This document shows positions 1 to 9,637 of a DNA stretch of 43,585 nt, in pieces (positions within the stretch are counted from its first letter, which is position 1; every line of letters starts with the position of its first letter). Source of the DNA: Bacteroidota bacterium (lineage in GTDB: Bacteria; Bacteroidota; Bacteroidia; Cytophagales; Spirosomataceae); NCBI GenBank assembly GCA_041175285.1, contig JBEDFG010000006.1, positions 1-43,585 on the forward strand, read 5' to 3'. Below the pieces are notes generated by a model. That model was not told the DNA's origin. It did no database searches and saw nothing but the letters and a program-made list of their open reading frames with translations. The position numbers and the translations under genes were made by a program.

Positions 1-37
1 TCTCTACATTTTTGACGCGAGGTATCGCGTCTTTACA
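1..37. repeat. REP-like extragenic palindrome; may also act as terminator for the gene at 40-963
   Basis: GACGCGA-ggta-TCGCGTC hairpin at 14-31 followed by TTTACA. The window opens with TCTCTACA, which looks like the tail of a preceding copy. Confidence 0.5.
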
Positions 38-39
38 TT

Positions 40-963
40 TTATTTATATCCCCAACCGCGCATGACAGCTATATCTTCCTTCATGCAATCCAAAGGTTTT
101 AACCCTTGGTAGGATTCTTGCTCAATAATAAAGTGCTTTGTACCACCTTCTTTATCACCTAATTTAACCAATGCCTGAACATCAATCTGTCCAGAACCTT
201 TTCCTAAAATGGTCGATTCAAATTTCTCATGACCTGCAGCTGAAGGAACCTCGTCTTTCACGTGCATCGAAACAAAACGACCTGGGAATTTTTTCATTAC
301 TTCAGCAGGAACTCCACCTCCGTTAATCATATTACCTATATCTAATTGTTGGGCCACGAGTTTAGGATCCGTATTGTTCAACATGATATCGTATAACAAT
401 TCTCCCTCCAACTTCTCTGAAAATTCAAAATCATGGTTGTGATATCCGAAACGCATACCCGATTTTTGGCATAATTCACCCGACTTATTAAAGATATCCA
501 TGTATTTCAATAGTAGATTTTTATCCTTACGAATACCCATATCAATCGACGGACTAATCACGAGTTCTTGACCCATTACAGCCGCATCTTCCACGGTATA
601 TTTCCACAAATCTGTGAAGTCATTTTTGGCATCATCCCAATGTGCCTTACCCATCACCGTGTGACCAGATGGCATTTTCATGCCTAAATCGTCCAGGCGT
701 TTTTTGAATTCTTTGGCTTCCCAACCGTAAAACTTGCGGTTAATGTAATTGGCATGTTCTACATATTTATAGCCCATTTCTGCCAAAGCCGTTAAGGTCC
801 CTTGTGGATCCTTGCGCATATCATCACGCACGGAATACAATTGGATACCCACTAATTTCTTATATTTTGCTGCGGCTAAACTTTGCAATACTGGAGAAGC
901 AAAGGCCATTGCACCTAGCCCAAAGGCCGAATTGCGCAAAAAGGAACGTCTTGATGAATTCAT
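40..963 (-). CDS. Tat-exported sugar phosphate isomerase/epimerase family TIM-barrel protein (AP endonuclease 2 fold)
   Basis: Twin-arginine signal SRRSFL; motifs GIQLYSVR, YHNHDFEF, QLDIG, MHVKD, IIEQE. Confidence 0.85.
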   Translation of the reverse strand: MNSSRRSFLRNSAFGLGAMAFASPVLQSLAAAKYKKLVGIQLYSVRDDMRKDPQGTLTALAEMGYKYVEHANYINRKFYGWEAKEFKKRLDDLGMKMPSGHTVMGKAHWDDAKNDFTDLWKYTVEDAAVMGQELVISPSIDMGIRKDKNLLLKYMDIFNKSGELCQKSGMRFGYHNHDFEFSEKLEGELLYDIMLNNTDPKLVAQQLDIGNMINGGGVPAEVMKKFPGRFVSMHVKDEVPSAAGHEKFESTILGKGSGQIDVQALVKLGDKEGGTKHFIIEQESYQGLKPLDCMKEDIAVMRGWGYK

Positions 964-1038
964 ATTTTAATAGGTTTATTTAGTTCTCCAAGCTACTAAT
1001 TCTATTTCTATTTTACAAAATTCCCGTAACTTCGAACG

Positions 1039-2283
1039 ATGATGCAACCACTCGCAGAACGAATGCGCCCAACCACGTTGGATGATTACATTGGCCAAGA
1101 AAAGGTCATTGGAGCGCAGGCGCCCCTTCGAAAAGCAATTGACGCAGGCCATCTACCCTCATGTATTTTATGGGGACCTCCCGGGGTAGGTAAAACAACA
1201 CTCGCCACGTTACTAGCCAGTGCCCTAAAACGCACCATTTATACCCTTTCTGCCGTTTCATCAGGTGTCAAAGAGGTTCGCGAAACACTCGAATTAGCGA
1301 AAAAAAATCGCATGTTTGAGGCCCAATCACCCATACTTTTTATTGATGAAATTCATCGTTTTTCGAAGTCCCAACAAGATTCTTTGTTGAACGCGGTCGA
1401 AAAAGGAATCGTCACACTCGTGGGTGCAACCACAGAAAACCCATCATTTGAGGTTATTTCAGCCCTTTTGTCTCGTTGCCAAGTTTATGTCTTGGAAGCA
1501 CTGAACGAGGTGCATTTACGTCAGCTCATCGACAAGGCGATCAGCACGGATAAATTATTTGCCAATAAAACAATTACGCTGACCGAGACCGATGCCCTTT
1601 TTCATTTCTCAGGTGGAGATGGCCGGAAGCTCCTAAATCTGTTTGAATTACTCATAACTACCGAAGGAGGCAATACCCTTGACGTCACTAATGCGCTCGT
1701 AACCGAGCGATTACAGAAAAATTTGGCGCAATACGACAAGGACGGCGAACAACATTACGATATCATTTCCGCCTTTATCAAATCGATTCGTGGATCCGAC
1801 CCCGATGCGGCCGTATATTGGTTGGCCCGGATGCTTGCTGGCGGCGAATCTTTAGAGTTTATTGGTAGACGCTTACTGATCCTTGCCTCGGAGGACATTG
1901 GCTTAGCCAATCCAAACGCGCTTTTATTAGCCCAATCCTGCTTTGATTCGATTCGTGTAATCGGCAATCCAGAATCCCGAATTATTTTATCCCAAACGGT
2001 GATTTATTTGGCAACGTCTCCAAAAAGCAATTCAGCCTACCAGGCGATCAATAAAGCGATGGCTTATGTGGAGCAGACCGGCGACTTACCTGTTCCGTTG
2101 CATTTACGTAATGCACCGACGAGACTCATGAAAGATTTAAATTATGGGGCAGATTATAAATATCCGCATGATTTCCCAGGAAATTGGGTAGAGCAAAATT
2201 ACTTTCCGGAAGTACCTACCCGTCCTGTATTTTACACCCCGTCTGAACAAGACAAAATTAATCGTGGCACTCCATCAAAATAA
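1039..2283 (+). CDS. rarA: Replication-associated recombination protein A (MgsA/RarA AAA+ ATPase)
   Basis: PLAERMRP N-terminus, Walker A GPPGVGKTT, Walker B FIDEIHRF, GATTENPSF, HYDIISAFIKSIRGSD, VPLHLRNAPT. Confidence 0.95.
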   Translation: MMQPLAERMRPTTLDDYIGQEKVIGAQAPLRKAIDAGHLPSCILWGPPGVGKTTLATLLASALKRTIYTLSAVSSGVKEVRETLELAKKNRMFEAQSPILFIDEIHRFSKSQQDSLLNAVEKGIVTLVGATTENPSFEVISALLSRCQVYVLEALNEVHLRQLIDKAISTDKLFANKTITLTETDALFHFSGGDGRKLLNLFELLITTEGGNTLDVTNALVTERLQKNLAQYDKDGEQHYDIISAFIKSIRGSDPDAAVYWLARMLAGGESLEFIGRRLLILASEDIGLANPNALLLAQSCFDSIRVIGNPESRIILSQTVIYLATSPKSNSAYQAINKAMAYVEQTGDLPVPLHLRNAPTRLMKDLNYGADYKYPHDFPGNWVEQNYFPEVPTRPVFYTPSEQDKINRGTPSK

Positions 2284-2911
2284 GCGCCCCGCTTTGGTAC
2301 GAAATTTTCACAATTCCATCCTGCTTCGTTTCATTACTCGAACTCGTCTGAGTTCCCAGTTTTAAAACCGGATGATTTAATTCATAAACAAGTCCCGACG
2401 ATTTGACTTCCAGGGCTTCCCCATAGGGAATCAATGAAATGGGGGTTTGCGCTGGATACCATTTCTCATAGGTAGGCGGCAACAAATAGGAAGTTGAATA
2501 ATCATCAAAGTAGACAATCTTCAATTGCCTCCCATAGCGTACCATCGAGTGGAAATTATTCAAGGTATGATCCATACGCTTTCCAGAGGCCCAAACTACA
2601 TTAACTGCGGGATAGCCTTCGGCCAACAAATATTCAAATGCCTTCTCTAGATCTGTTAAATCTTGATCTGGCGTATGTACTTTTTTCAAGGGGTAATCGC
2701 TAAAATCTGTTGAAGAAATGTGGTCAAAATCTCCCAACCATACATCCACTTTAATCCCCAATGAAATCACGCGTTCCAATGCTCCATCTAACACCAAGAC
2801 CGTAGGAGACCATTCCAATAATTGATCTAAAATCTCCATCGAACACGCCTCCCCATTCGCAATGATCAGCGCAGGTTCTTGTTTGTCGCGAATGATGTGA
2901 TGTGAAGACAT
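2258..2911 (-). CDS. thiN: Thiamine diphosphokinase
   Basis: IIANG, DGA, GDFD, DQDLTDLEKA, GKRMDH, GLVYEL and SSN motifs of thiamine pyrophosphokinases. Confidence 0.9.
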   Translation of the reverse strand: MSSHHIIRDKQEPALIIANGEACSMEILDQLLEWSPTVLVLDGALERVISLGIKVDVWLGDFDHISSTDFSDYPLKKVHTPDQDLTDLEKAFEYLLAEGYPAVNVVWASGKRMDHTLNNFHSMVRYGRQLKIVYFDDYSTSYLLPPTYEKWYPAQTPISLIPYGEALEVKSSGLVYELNHPVLKLGTQTSSSNETKQDGIVKISYQSGALILMECHD

Positions 2912-3384
2912 TAGGCTTTGAAATCGGATTTACCACCTGATTTGGAGATCAATTTAGTTTCCTTAATCACGATTCCCTTGGATACGGATTTACACATGTC
3001 GTATACGGTTAAGGCAGCGACGGAGGCACCGACTAGCGCTTCCATTTCGACGCCGGTTTTAGCTTCCAGCCGACAAATACACGTGATGATAATTTGATCC
3101 ACGAGCACTTCTGTTTCAAATTTACAGGAATCTAAACCGAGCGGATGACATAAAGGAATTAAATCAGATGTCTTTTTAGCAGCCATTGTTCCGGCAATTA
3201 CAGCCGTTTGAAGAATGCTACCTTTTTTATTTTGCCAACCAGCCGCTTTGAAATGTTGGACAATCTCCGCGCCTAAAAACACGATCGATTGGGCTTTTGC
3301 TTCACGAACCGTTTCATTTTTGGCACTGACATCCACCATTCCTGGGGTGCCATCAGATTGCAGGTGTGAAAAATCAGTTGACAT
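2911..3384 (-). CDS. moaC: Cyclic pyranopterin monophosphate synthase MoaC
   Basis: MVDVSAK, LIPLCHP, TGVEMEAL, YDMCK, KSGGKS. Start placed at ATG 3384 because a TAAATTTG box lies at 3393-3400; ATG 3390 is the alternative. Confidence 0.95.
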   Translation of the reverse strand: MSTDFSHLQSDGTPGMVDVSAKNETVREAKAQSIVFLGAEIVQHFKAAGWQNKKGSILQTAVIAGTMAAKKTSDLIPLCHPLGLDSCKFETEVLVDQIIITCICRLEAKTGVEMEALVGASVAALTVYDMCKSVSKGIVIKETKLISKSGGKSDFKA

Positions 3385-3482
3385 ATACATTTCAAATTTA
3401 GCACACGAAAATACGGGAGATTTGGCAATTTTTAGCGAAATTTATCAAATACGTAAACCAACAAACATGATCAGCCCTCCTT

Positions 3483-4589
3483 TTGAAAAACATCACCATT
3501 CCATTCCGGACTGAAAAATTACCCTTAGCGAAAACATTGGGCATGAACTTAGCTGAAAAAATTGTAGCGGATCGTGATTTTCCTCCGTTTGATCGCGTCA
3601 TGATGGACGGGATCGCCGTAAAAGACATCACAGCACCTACTTGGAAAATTGAAGGAATTCTATTCGCAGGAGAACAAGTAAAAGCGATTAAAAAAATAGA
3701 TGGTGCGCTCGAAATCATGACAGGCGCAACCGCTCCTAAAGGAACAGAAGCCATTATTAAAATTGAAGATCTCAGCATCGAGAAAAAAATAGCTACCTAC
3801 ATTGGCAAAACGCCCTTAACGAAAGGTCAATTTATCCATACCCAAGGGATGGACGCCAAAGAAGGCACTATTTTGGTCAAAAAACGCACCAAAATTGGAC
3901 CCATTGAAATTGCTATCGCAGCGACCGTAGGAAAAGCACATATCGAAGTGGAATCAAAACCACATGTTCATATTTTTTCCACTGGAGATGAAATTGTAGG
4001 TCTTCACGAAACACCAGCGGCTCATCAAATTCGTAGTTCGAATGTCATGATGATCAAGTCGGTTTTATTATCCAAAGGCTTTAAGGCAAATTCAAGTCAT
4101 TTACCAGATTCGGTGGAGAAAATAAAAGCCAACATCGAAAAGGTATTAGAATCCAATGACATCATTTTGCTATCGGGTGGCATTTCGGCAGGCAAAAAAG
4201 ACTTCATTCCTGAGGTTTTAACGGAAGCTGGATTCGAAACGGTCTTTCATAAGATTTCTCAAAAACCAGGAAAACCTATGCTGGTAGCTACTCGCCCAGA
4301 TGGCAAAGTAGTCTTCGCATTTCCTGGAAATCCAATCTCGACTTTAACTTGTTTCTGGGTCTATTTCTTACCATGGGTATCAGGCGACTTTCCTGAATAT
4401 GCGGAGAAAGAGATTAAGTTTTTACCTAAGCCATCAGCTGAATTAGACCAATGGATCCCTGTAGAAAATGGGGAAACATTAGCTCACAATGGGTCAGGCG
4501 ATTTGATCAATTGGTCAAAAGCAGACGGATTAGTTTGGCAAAAAGCAGGACAAAAAGACACCAAATTGCCTTTTATTCCACTAAAATAA
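3483..4589 (+). CDS. moeA: Molybdopterin molybdotransferase MoeA; native N-terminus possibly frameshifted
   Basis: PPFDRVMMDG, IMTGA, STGDE, SGGISAGKKDF, QKPGKP, PGNPIS. The only early in-frame start is TTG; a better ATG at 3467 is out of frame. Confidence 0.85.
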   Translation: MKNITIPFRTEKLPLAKTLGMNLAEKIVADRDFPPFDRVMMDGIAVKDITAPTWKIEGILFAGEQVKAIKKIDGALEIMTGATAPKGTEAIIKIEDLSIEKKIATYIGKTPLTKGQFIHTQGMDAKEGTILVKKRTKIGPIEIAIAATVGKAHIEVESKPHVHIFSTGDEIVGLHETPAAHQIRSSNVMMIKSVLLSKGFKANSSHLPDSVEKIKANIEKVLESNDIILLSGGISAGKKDFIPEVLTEAGFETVFHKISQKPGKPMLVATRPDGKVVFAFPGNPISTLTCFWVYFLPWVSGDFPEYAEKEIKFLPKPSAELDQWIPVENGETLAHNGSGDLINWSKADGLVWQKAGQKDTKLPFIPLK

Positions 4590-4595
4590 ACGTGT

Positions 4596-5615
4596 ATGGA
4601 ACTGAAGCTTCATCAATTCAACTTACCGCTTAAACACACATTTACGATCACGCATGAATCACGTGACGTTCAACCTACCCTGATTGTAGAGTTGAGTTGG
4701 CATGGGAAAAGCGGTTTCGGAGAAGCAACAGAAACACCTTATTATGGCATCACCATGGAAAAAATGGTGGCGCAATTGGAAAGCATTCGGCATTTATTAC
4801 CTACTGACATCCTTCCACATCCGACGGATTTCTGGAAGATGTTATCCAAAACTTTATTAGATGACCATCCCTTTGCCTTGTGCGCATTGGACGTTGCCTA
4901 TTGGGATTTGTGGGGTAAAACACACAACAAATCCTTACACGAAATTTGGGAGTTAGATACATCAAAAAATCCGATTACAGATTATACCATCGGCATCGAT
5001 ACCGTTGACAAAATGGTTTCGAAAATGCGCGAAATGCCCTTTCCATTGTACAAAATCAAGTTGGGCACGAACGAAGATTTAGAAATTGTAGAAGCTTTGC
5101 GACAAGAAACGGACGCCGTATTTCGCGTAGATGCTAATACGGCTTGGTCGCCGGAACAAACGATTTATTTTGCCCCCGAATTGAAAAAATTAGGCGTGGA
5201 ATTTATTGAGCAGCCGTTAAAGGCCGACAACTGGGAGGGCATGAAAAAGGTCTTCAAAGAATCTGCCTTGCCGATCATCGCGGATGAATCCTGCATATTG
5301 GAAGAAGATGTCGCGAAATGTGCTGGTTACTTTCATGGGGTTAATATTAAATTGATGAAATGTGGTGGTCTTACTCCTGCATTGCGTATGATCCAACAAG
5401 CCAAAAGTCTGGGATTAAAAGTCATGGTAGGTTGCATGACAGAATCAACGATCGGATGTTCAGCCATTGCGCAATTATTACCCTTGTTGGATTACGTCGA
5501 CATGGACGGTTGTCTCCTCGTGGATGACCAAATTTCCAAAGGAATCACCATCGATTATGGCCATGTTAACTACGCCAAAGCGTACGGAACGGGTGCCGAA
5601 TTAATTCGAAAATAA
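4596..5615 (+). CDS. Dipeptide epimerase (L-Ala-D/L-Glu epimerase, enolase superfamily)
   Basis: YKIKLG, RVDAN, FIEQP, IADES, NIKLMKCGG, GCMTES, DMDG. Confidence 0.9.
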   Translation: MELKLHQFNLPLKHTFTITHESRDVQPTLIVELSWHGKSGFGEATETPYYGITMEKMVAQLESIRHLLPTDILPHPTDFWKMLSKTLLDDHPFALCALDVAYWDLWGKTHNKSLHEIWELDTSKNPITDYTIGIDTVDKMVSKMREMPFPLYKIKLGTNEDLEIVEALRQETDAVFRVDANTAWSPEQTIYFAPELKKLGVEFIEQPLKADNWEGMKKVFKESALPIIADESCILEEDVAKCAGYFHGVNIKLMKCGGLTPALRMIQQAKSLGLKVMVGCMTESTIGCSAIAQLLPLLDYVDMDGCLLVDDQISKGITIDYGHVNYAKAYGTGAELIRK

Positions 5616-6610
5616 TGTCCTACCAAATTCACCAAAATAATATCCCGGAGCGCCTCGTTTCATTCGAGGGCAAAGAATACCGTTGGCTTGGGGGAACGAA
5701 TTACCTGAACATAGGCACTCATCCCCTATTTCAAGAAAAATTAAAAGCGGGGATTCAGCTATTTAGTCAAAACTGGGGGAGTTCCCGGCTGAATAATTAC
5801 CGCATGGATGTCTGGGAAAATTTGGAAAATGTATTGGCCAAACGTTTTCAAGTAGAAGCGGCAGCCTTATGTAGTTCAGGTTTAATAGCGGGCCAAATTG
5901 TCCTACAATATATTTCGCAGAAACATCCAGAAGCAAGTATTTCACTAGCTCCTAAAACTCATCCTGCACTGTGGCGCCATCCGCACAAACCTTCATCGGG
6001 GGCCTTTTCGGAATGGAAATCAGACACCGCCATCTTATGCATGGATGGCATTGGAGCACCTTGGGTGGAAGAATTTCTTACTGGGTTTGAACAGAACTTA
6101 TCATCGGATCAGACCTTGATTGTGGACGAATCACATCGTTTAGGTATTGTATCCACACACATCAATACCCCTGCTGATTTGGTTCAAACGAGCTCGATGT
6201 CGAAGGCATTTGGCATACCTGCAGGAATCATTTTAGGAAAAAAATCGACGATCGAAGAGATCAAAAAAGATCCTTTTTGGGTAGGTGGGTCTCCGGCAAA
6301 TCCGGCCTATGTATACGCCTGCTTACATGCGCAGGAAGCGTATGATGAGCGAATCATGCAATCTCAAGAACTTGCTAAATCATTTAGTCAGCATGTCTTA
6401 CCAGTAAATGCCGTTACCAATTATCCAGCCTTCAGTTCCGCAGATCCGAAGATCTTTGAGCACTTAAAATCCCATGGATTTTTATGCAATCAATTTGCCT
6501 ATCCTGACCCGACGGCAGCACCAATTTGCAAAGCTATATTGCCTGCATGCTTAAATTTGGAGGATATGGAAGACCTAATCCAAACCCTAACCAACTATGA
6601 AAAAATATAA
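5615..6610 (+). CDS. PLP-dependent class I/II aminotransferase-fold enzyme (BioF/alpha-oxoamine synthase-like, divergent)
   Basis: GGTNYL, GSSR, IVDESH, and PLP lysine in SMSKAFG. Confidence 0.75.
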   Translation: MSYQIHQNNIPERLVSFEGKEYRWLGGTNYLNIGTHPLFQEKLKAGIQLFSQNWGSSRLNNYRMDVWENLENVLAKRFQVEAAALCSSGLIAGQIVLQYISQKHPEASISLAPKTHPALWRHPHKPSSGAFSEWKSDTAILCMDGIGAPWVEEFLTGFEQNLSSDQTLIVDESHRLGIVSTHINTPADLVQTSSMSKAFGIPAGIILGKKSTIEEIKKDPFWVGGSPANPAYVYACLHAQEAYDERIMQSQELAKSFSQHVLPVNAVTNYPAFSSADPKIFEHLKSHGFLCNQFAYPDPTAAPICKAILPACLNLEDMEDLIQTLTNYEKI

Positions 6611-7844
6611 ACTAATCCTCTTTTTAGGACTAATTTCTACATCGATGATACATGCCCAAGAAAATGTCATTGAGCAATTATTAAAAGCCCACCCGTCATA
6701 TTTCAAACATGTAACGGACAACCCTTCGAAGTATCGTTTGCAAATTTTGTATACGCAAATCGACCGAGATGCCGTGAATCAAGCGCAATTCACAACGCAT
6801 GCCTATCGGGTAGATTCAAAAGAATATTTTTACCCGGCGAGTACGGTGAAATTGGCAGCCAGCGTATTAGCATTAGAGAAAATAAACAAACTAAAAATCG
6901 ACAAAGCGACGACGTTTCAAACACTGAAAAATCGGCCTACGCAGTTGGAAATCTTATCCGACAGCTCCGCTGCCAATGGCAAACCGAGCATCGAACATTA
7001 CATTAAAAAGATTTTATTGGTTTCAGATAATGAAGCCTACAATCGCTTGTATGAGTTTTTAGGCCAAAAAGATTTCAATAAAACGATGGCCTCCAAAGGA
7101 TTTGAGGGCGTTCGATTTACCCATCGCTTACAGACTTCGATTCCACTCCTAGAAAATCAATATACCAATCCGGTACAATTTGTGAATGATCAGGGTGAAA
7201 TTATTTGGCAACAGAAGGAACAGTTTAATGCCAAAAAAATCGAAGCACCCAACCCATTGAATTTAATACTTGGGAAGGGTGTGATGAATGATTCAGGCCG
7301 AATTAGCCCACATCCAGTCTATTTTGGATTCAAAAATGCCTATCCACTACAGGCCCAACATGATTTTATGAAACGTCTGATGTTCCCCACTTCGTTTGAA
7401 AAAAGAGATCGTTTTAAACTAACTGATGAGGATTACAGATTTGTATATCGATACATGTCGGAATACCCCACGGAGTCCAAAAACCCATCATATTCAGCCG
7501 ACAGTACCATCGGACCTGCCTATTGCAAATTTTTATATTATGGTGGAGACAGAAAAGCTCAAATGAATCCCGATGTCCGTATTTTCAATAAAGTGGGCGA
7601 TGCCTATGGCTTCCTATTGGATAATGCCTATTTCGTTGATTACAAGAATAAGGTCGAATTCATGGTCACAGCTACCATTTATTGCAATGAAGATGAAATT
7701 TTCAATGATGACATTTACGATTACGATACCATTGGCTTTCCCTTTTTCAAACATTTAGGTGAGATCATTTACCAACATGAATTAAGTCGGCCTAAAAAAA
7801 ATCTTCCCAACCTAGACTACTTGAAATTTACCTATGCGGATTAA
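6597..7844 (+). CDS. Secreted serine hydrolase, PBP/class A beta-lactamase-like fold
   Basis: Signal peptide ending HA|Q; SxxK (PASTVK), SDN and KVG (KTG-like) motifs. Confidence 0.8.
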   Translation: MKKYKLILFLGLISTSMIHAQENVIEQLLKAHPSYFKHVTDNPSKYRLQILYTQIDRDAVNQAQFTTHAYRVDSKEYFYPASTVKLAASVLALEKINKLKIDKATTFQTLKNRPTQLEILSDSSAANGKPSIEHYIKKILLVSDNEAYNRLYEFLGQKDFNKTMASKGFEGVRFTHRLQTSIPLLENQYTNPVQFVNDQGEIIWQQKEQFNAKKIEAPNPLNLILGKGVMNDSGRISPHPVYFGFKNAYPLQAQHDFMKRLMFPTSFEKRDRFKLTDEDYRFVYRYMSEYPTESKNPSYSADSTIGPAYCKFLYYGGDRKAQMNPDVRIFNKVGDAYGFLLDNAYFVDYKNKVEFMVTATIYCNEDEIFNDDIYDYDTIGFPFFKHLGEIIYQHELSRPKKNLPNLDYLKFTYAD

Positions 7845-8763
7845 AATCATACTTTTTGTTTTGTTTGCCTACTACGCTAGTGCCCAAAAAACCATTGGAA
7901 TTATCCATGTTTCCGTTGGCAATGTTCGTTCAGAAGCCCGAGAAAGTGCAGAAATGAGTACGCAAGTTTTAATGGGAACGCGGGTACAAATATGGGAGAA
8001 GGCCCCTACCAAAGCTTGGTATCGCATACAGGGTCCGGATGGGTATCAGGGATGGATTGAGGGTGGATCATTGACCCGGATGGATTCGACGGAATATAAG
8101 GTCTATCTTCAAAAAGGCACTGAAATCATGGTACAGGTGCCCTCGAGTCGGGTGTATCAACAACCTACTACTAAATCAGAAATTGTGAGTGAGTTGGTCC
8201 AGTTCAATCGCCTCATGTCGATTCAAAAGAAAATTGGTTTTTGGGAAGTTCGTCTAGCGGATGGAACACAGGGATACGTTCCGTTAAAAGAGGCGGAGAC
8301 GGTACAAAAATGGAAAGCGGCTAATACGGCGCCAACAGAAAATCGAATGATGCTTGCGGCGCACCAACTGATGGGGATACCTTATTTATGGGGAGGCACA
8401 TCGATCAAAGGAATGGATTGCAGCGGATTTACCAAGATGGTTTTTCTTTCAAATGGTTGGGTAATTCCACGGGATGCAAGCCAACAAGCGCGTGAGGGTG
8501 TCATGGTAGACAGCCTCCGTCATTGGGAAAATCTTCAACCGGGTGATTTATTGTTTTTTGGCGAAAAAAGAGCTGATGGAACGTATAAAGTAGTTCACGT
8601 AGGCATGTGGGAAGGACAATTGGCTTTCATTCATGCAGCTGACCGCACCAGGCGTGCGAGTGTCGATCCACAATCGAAGGATTTTGATGCCTACAATTTA
8701 AATCGCTATTTATTCACGAAACGAATTAATTCGGTCGGAAAAGAAGTCCGACAGGTCGACTAG
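7834..8763 (+). CDS. SH3b + NlpC/P60 (C40) peptidase, YkfC/dipeptidyl-peptidase VI-like
   Basis: Signal peptide, two SH3b-like segments, GIPYLWGG, DCSGF, PRDASQQ, PGDLLFFG, HVG. Confidence 0.9.
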   Translation: MRIKIILFVLFAYYASAQKTIGIIHVSVGNVRSEARESAEMSTQVLMGTRVQIWEKAPTKAWYRIQGPDGYQGWIEGGSLTRMDSTEYKVYLQKGTEIMVQVPSSRVYQQPTTKSEIVSELVQFNRLMSIQKKIGFWEVRLADGTQGYVPLKEAETVQKWKAANTAPTENRMMLAAHQLMGIPYLWGGTSIKGMDCSGFTKMVFLSNGWVIPRDASQQAREGVMVDSLRHWENLQPGDLLFFGEKRADGTYKVVHVGMWEGQLAFIHAADRTRRASVDPQSKDFDAYNLNRYLFTKRINSVGKEVRQVD

Positions 8764-9593
8764 GCTTTCGCTTTTTTATTGGAGTACAATAACACACCAA
8801 TCCCAAATAATACGGCTGGAATGGACAAAATTTGACCCATGTTAAGTGTCAAATTATTCTCGAATGAACTTTGATTTTCTTTCAGAAACTCGTAGAAAAA
8901 ACGAAGCGTAAATAGAACAATCATGAAATATCCAGTCATTAACCCTTCTTGGGTATCTTTTTTCTTCTTGGACCAAAACCACAAGAGTAGGGCAAAAATC
9001 AATAGGCAAGATAAAGCCTCGTATAATTGAGAAGGATGGCGAGCTAAAACTAAGCTTGGGTCACCGGACAAATTAAATTCGGTATCCTTCAAAAACTTGA
9101 AGCCCCAAGGTAGGTTGGTCGGCTTCCCAATAATCTCTGAATTCATCAAATTCCCCATCCGAATACAGAAACCAGCAAACGCGACGGCAGGTGTGATGCG
9201 ATCTGTGATGTACAGATATGATTGACCTGGGTTTTTTCTCGCGTATAGGTAAAAAGCCGTAAACAAACCGATTCCAGCACCATGCGAAGCTAGACCAGAA
9301 AAAGGAGGCGTAATCATCTGAATAAAAAAGCGAACGGGATCAGCTTGCAACAAGGGGAATTCATAGAAAAAATAATGTCCTGCGCGCGCACCTACAATAG
9401 TTGCAACCATGGTGTACATGAGCAATTGATCTGCCTGATCGGTAGATTTACCTTCCCGCTTAAACATGTAGCTAACGATTTGGAATCCGGCTAAAAAGGC
9501 AGATGCAAAAAACAAACCATACCAGCGCACTGGGAAACCAAATAAATCGATTATGGTCGGATCTGGACTCCAGGAAATAGATGCAATCAGCAT
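8760..9593 (-). CDS. lgt: Prolipoprotein diacylglyceryl transferase
   Basis: VRWYGL, GARAGH, GLASHG, RMGNLMNSEIIG, RHPSQLYEA, MGQILSIP. Confidence 0.95.
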   Translation of the reverse strand: MLIASISWSPDPTIIDLFGFPVRWYGLFFASAFLAGFQIVSYMFKREGKSTDQADQLLMYTMVATIVGARAGHYFFYEFPLLQADPVRFFIQMITPPFSGLASHGAGIGLFTAFYLYARKNPGQSYLYITDRITPAVAFAGFCIRMGNLMNSEIIGKPTNLPWGFKFLKDTEFNLSGDPSLVLARHPSQLYEALSCLLIFALLLWFWSKKKKDTQEGLMTGYFMIVLFTLRFFYEFLKENQSSFENNLTLNMGQILSIPAVLFGIGVLLYSNKKAKA

Positions 9594-9613
9594 GAACGTA
9601 TGGTTTAGACGTT

Positions 9614-9621
9614 CAAAATTA
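9614..9621 (-). promoter_or_regulatory. Bacteroidota -7 promoter box upstream of lgt
   Basis: TAATTTTG on the minus strand, 20 nt upstream of the ATG; matches TAnnTTTG. Confidence 0.6.
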
Positions 9622-9637
9622 ATGGAAATATTAAGAT

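Noticed and set aside
5615-6610. Calling this gene bioF
   Set aside because: It is short and divergent, with no biotin genes nearby.
6597-7844. Beta-lactam resistance gene
   Set aside because: It has the SxxK fold, but its size and peptidoglycan-recycling context favour a peptidase; resistance cannot be inferred from sequence alone.
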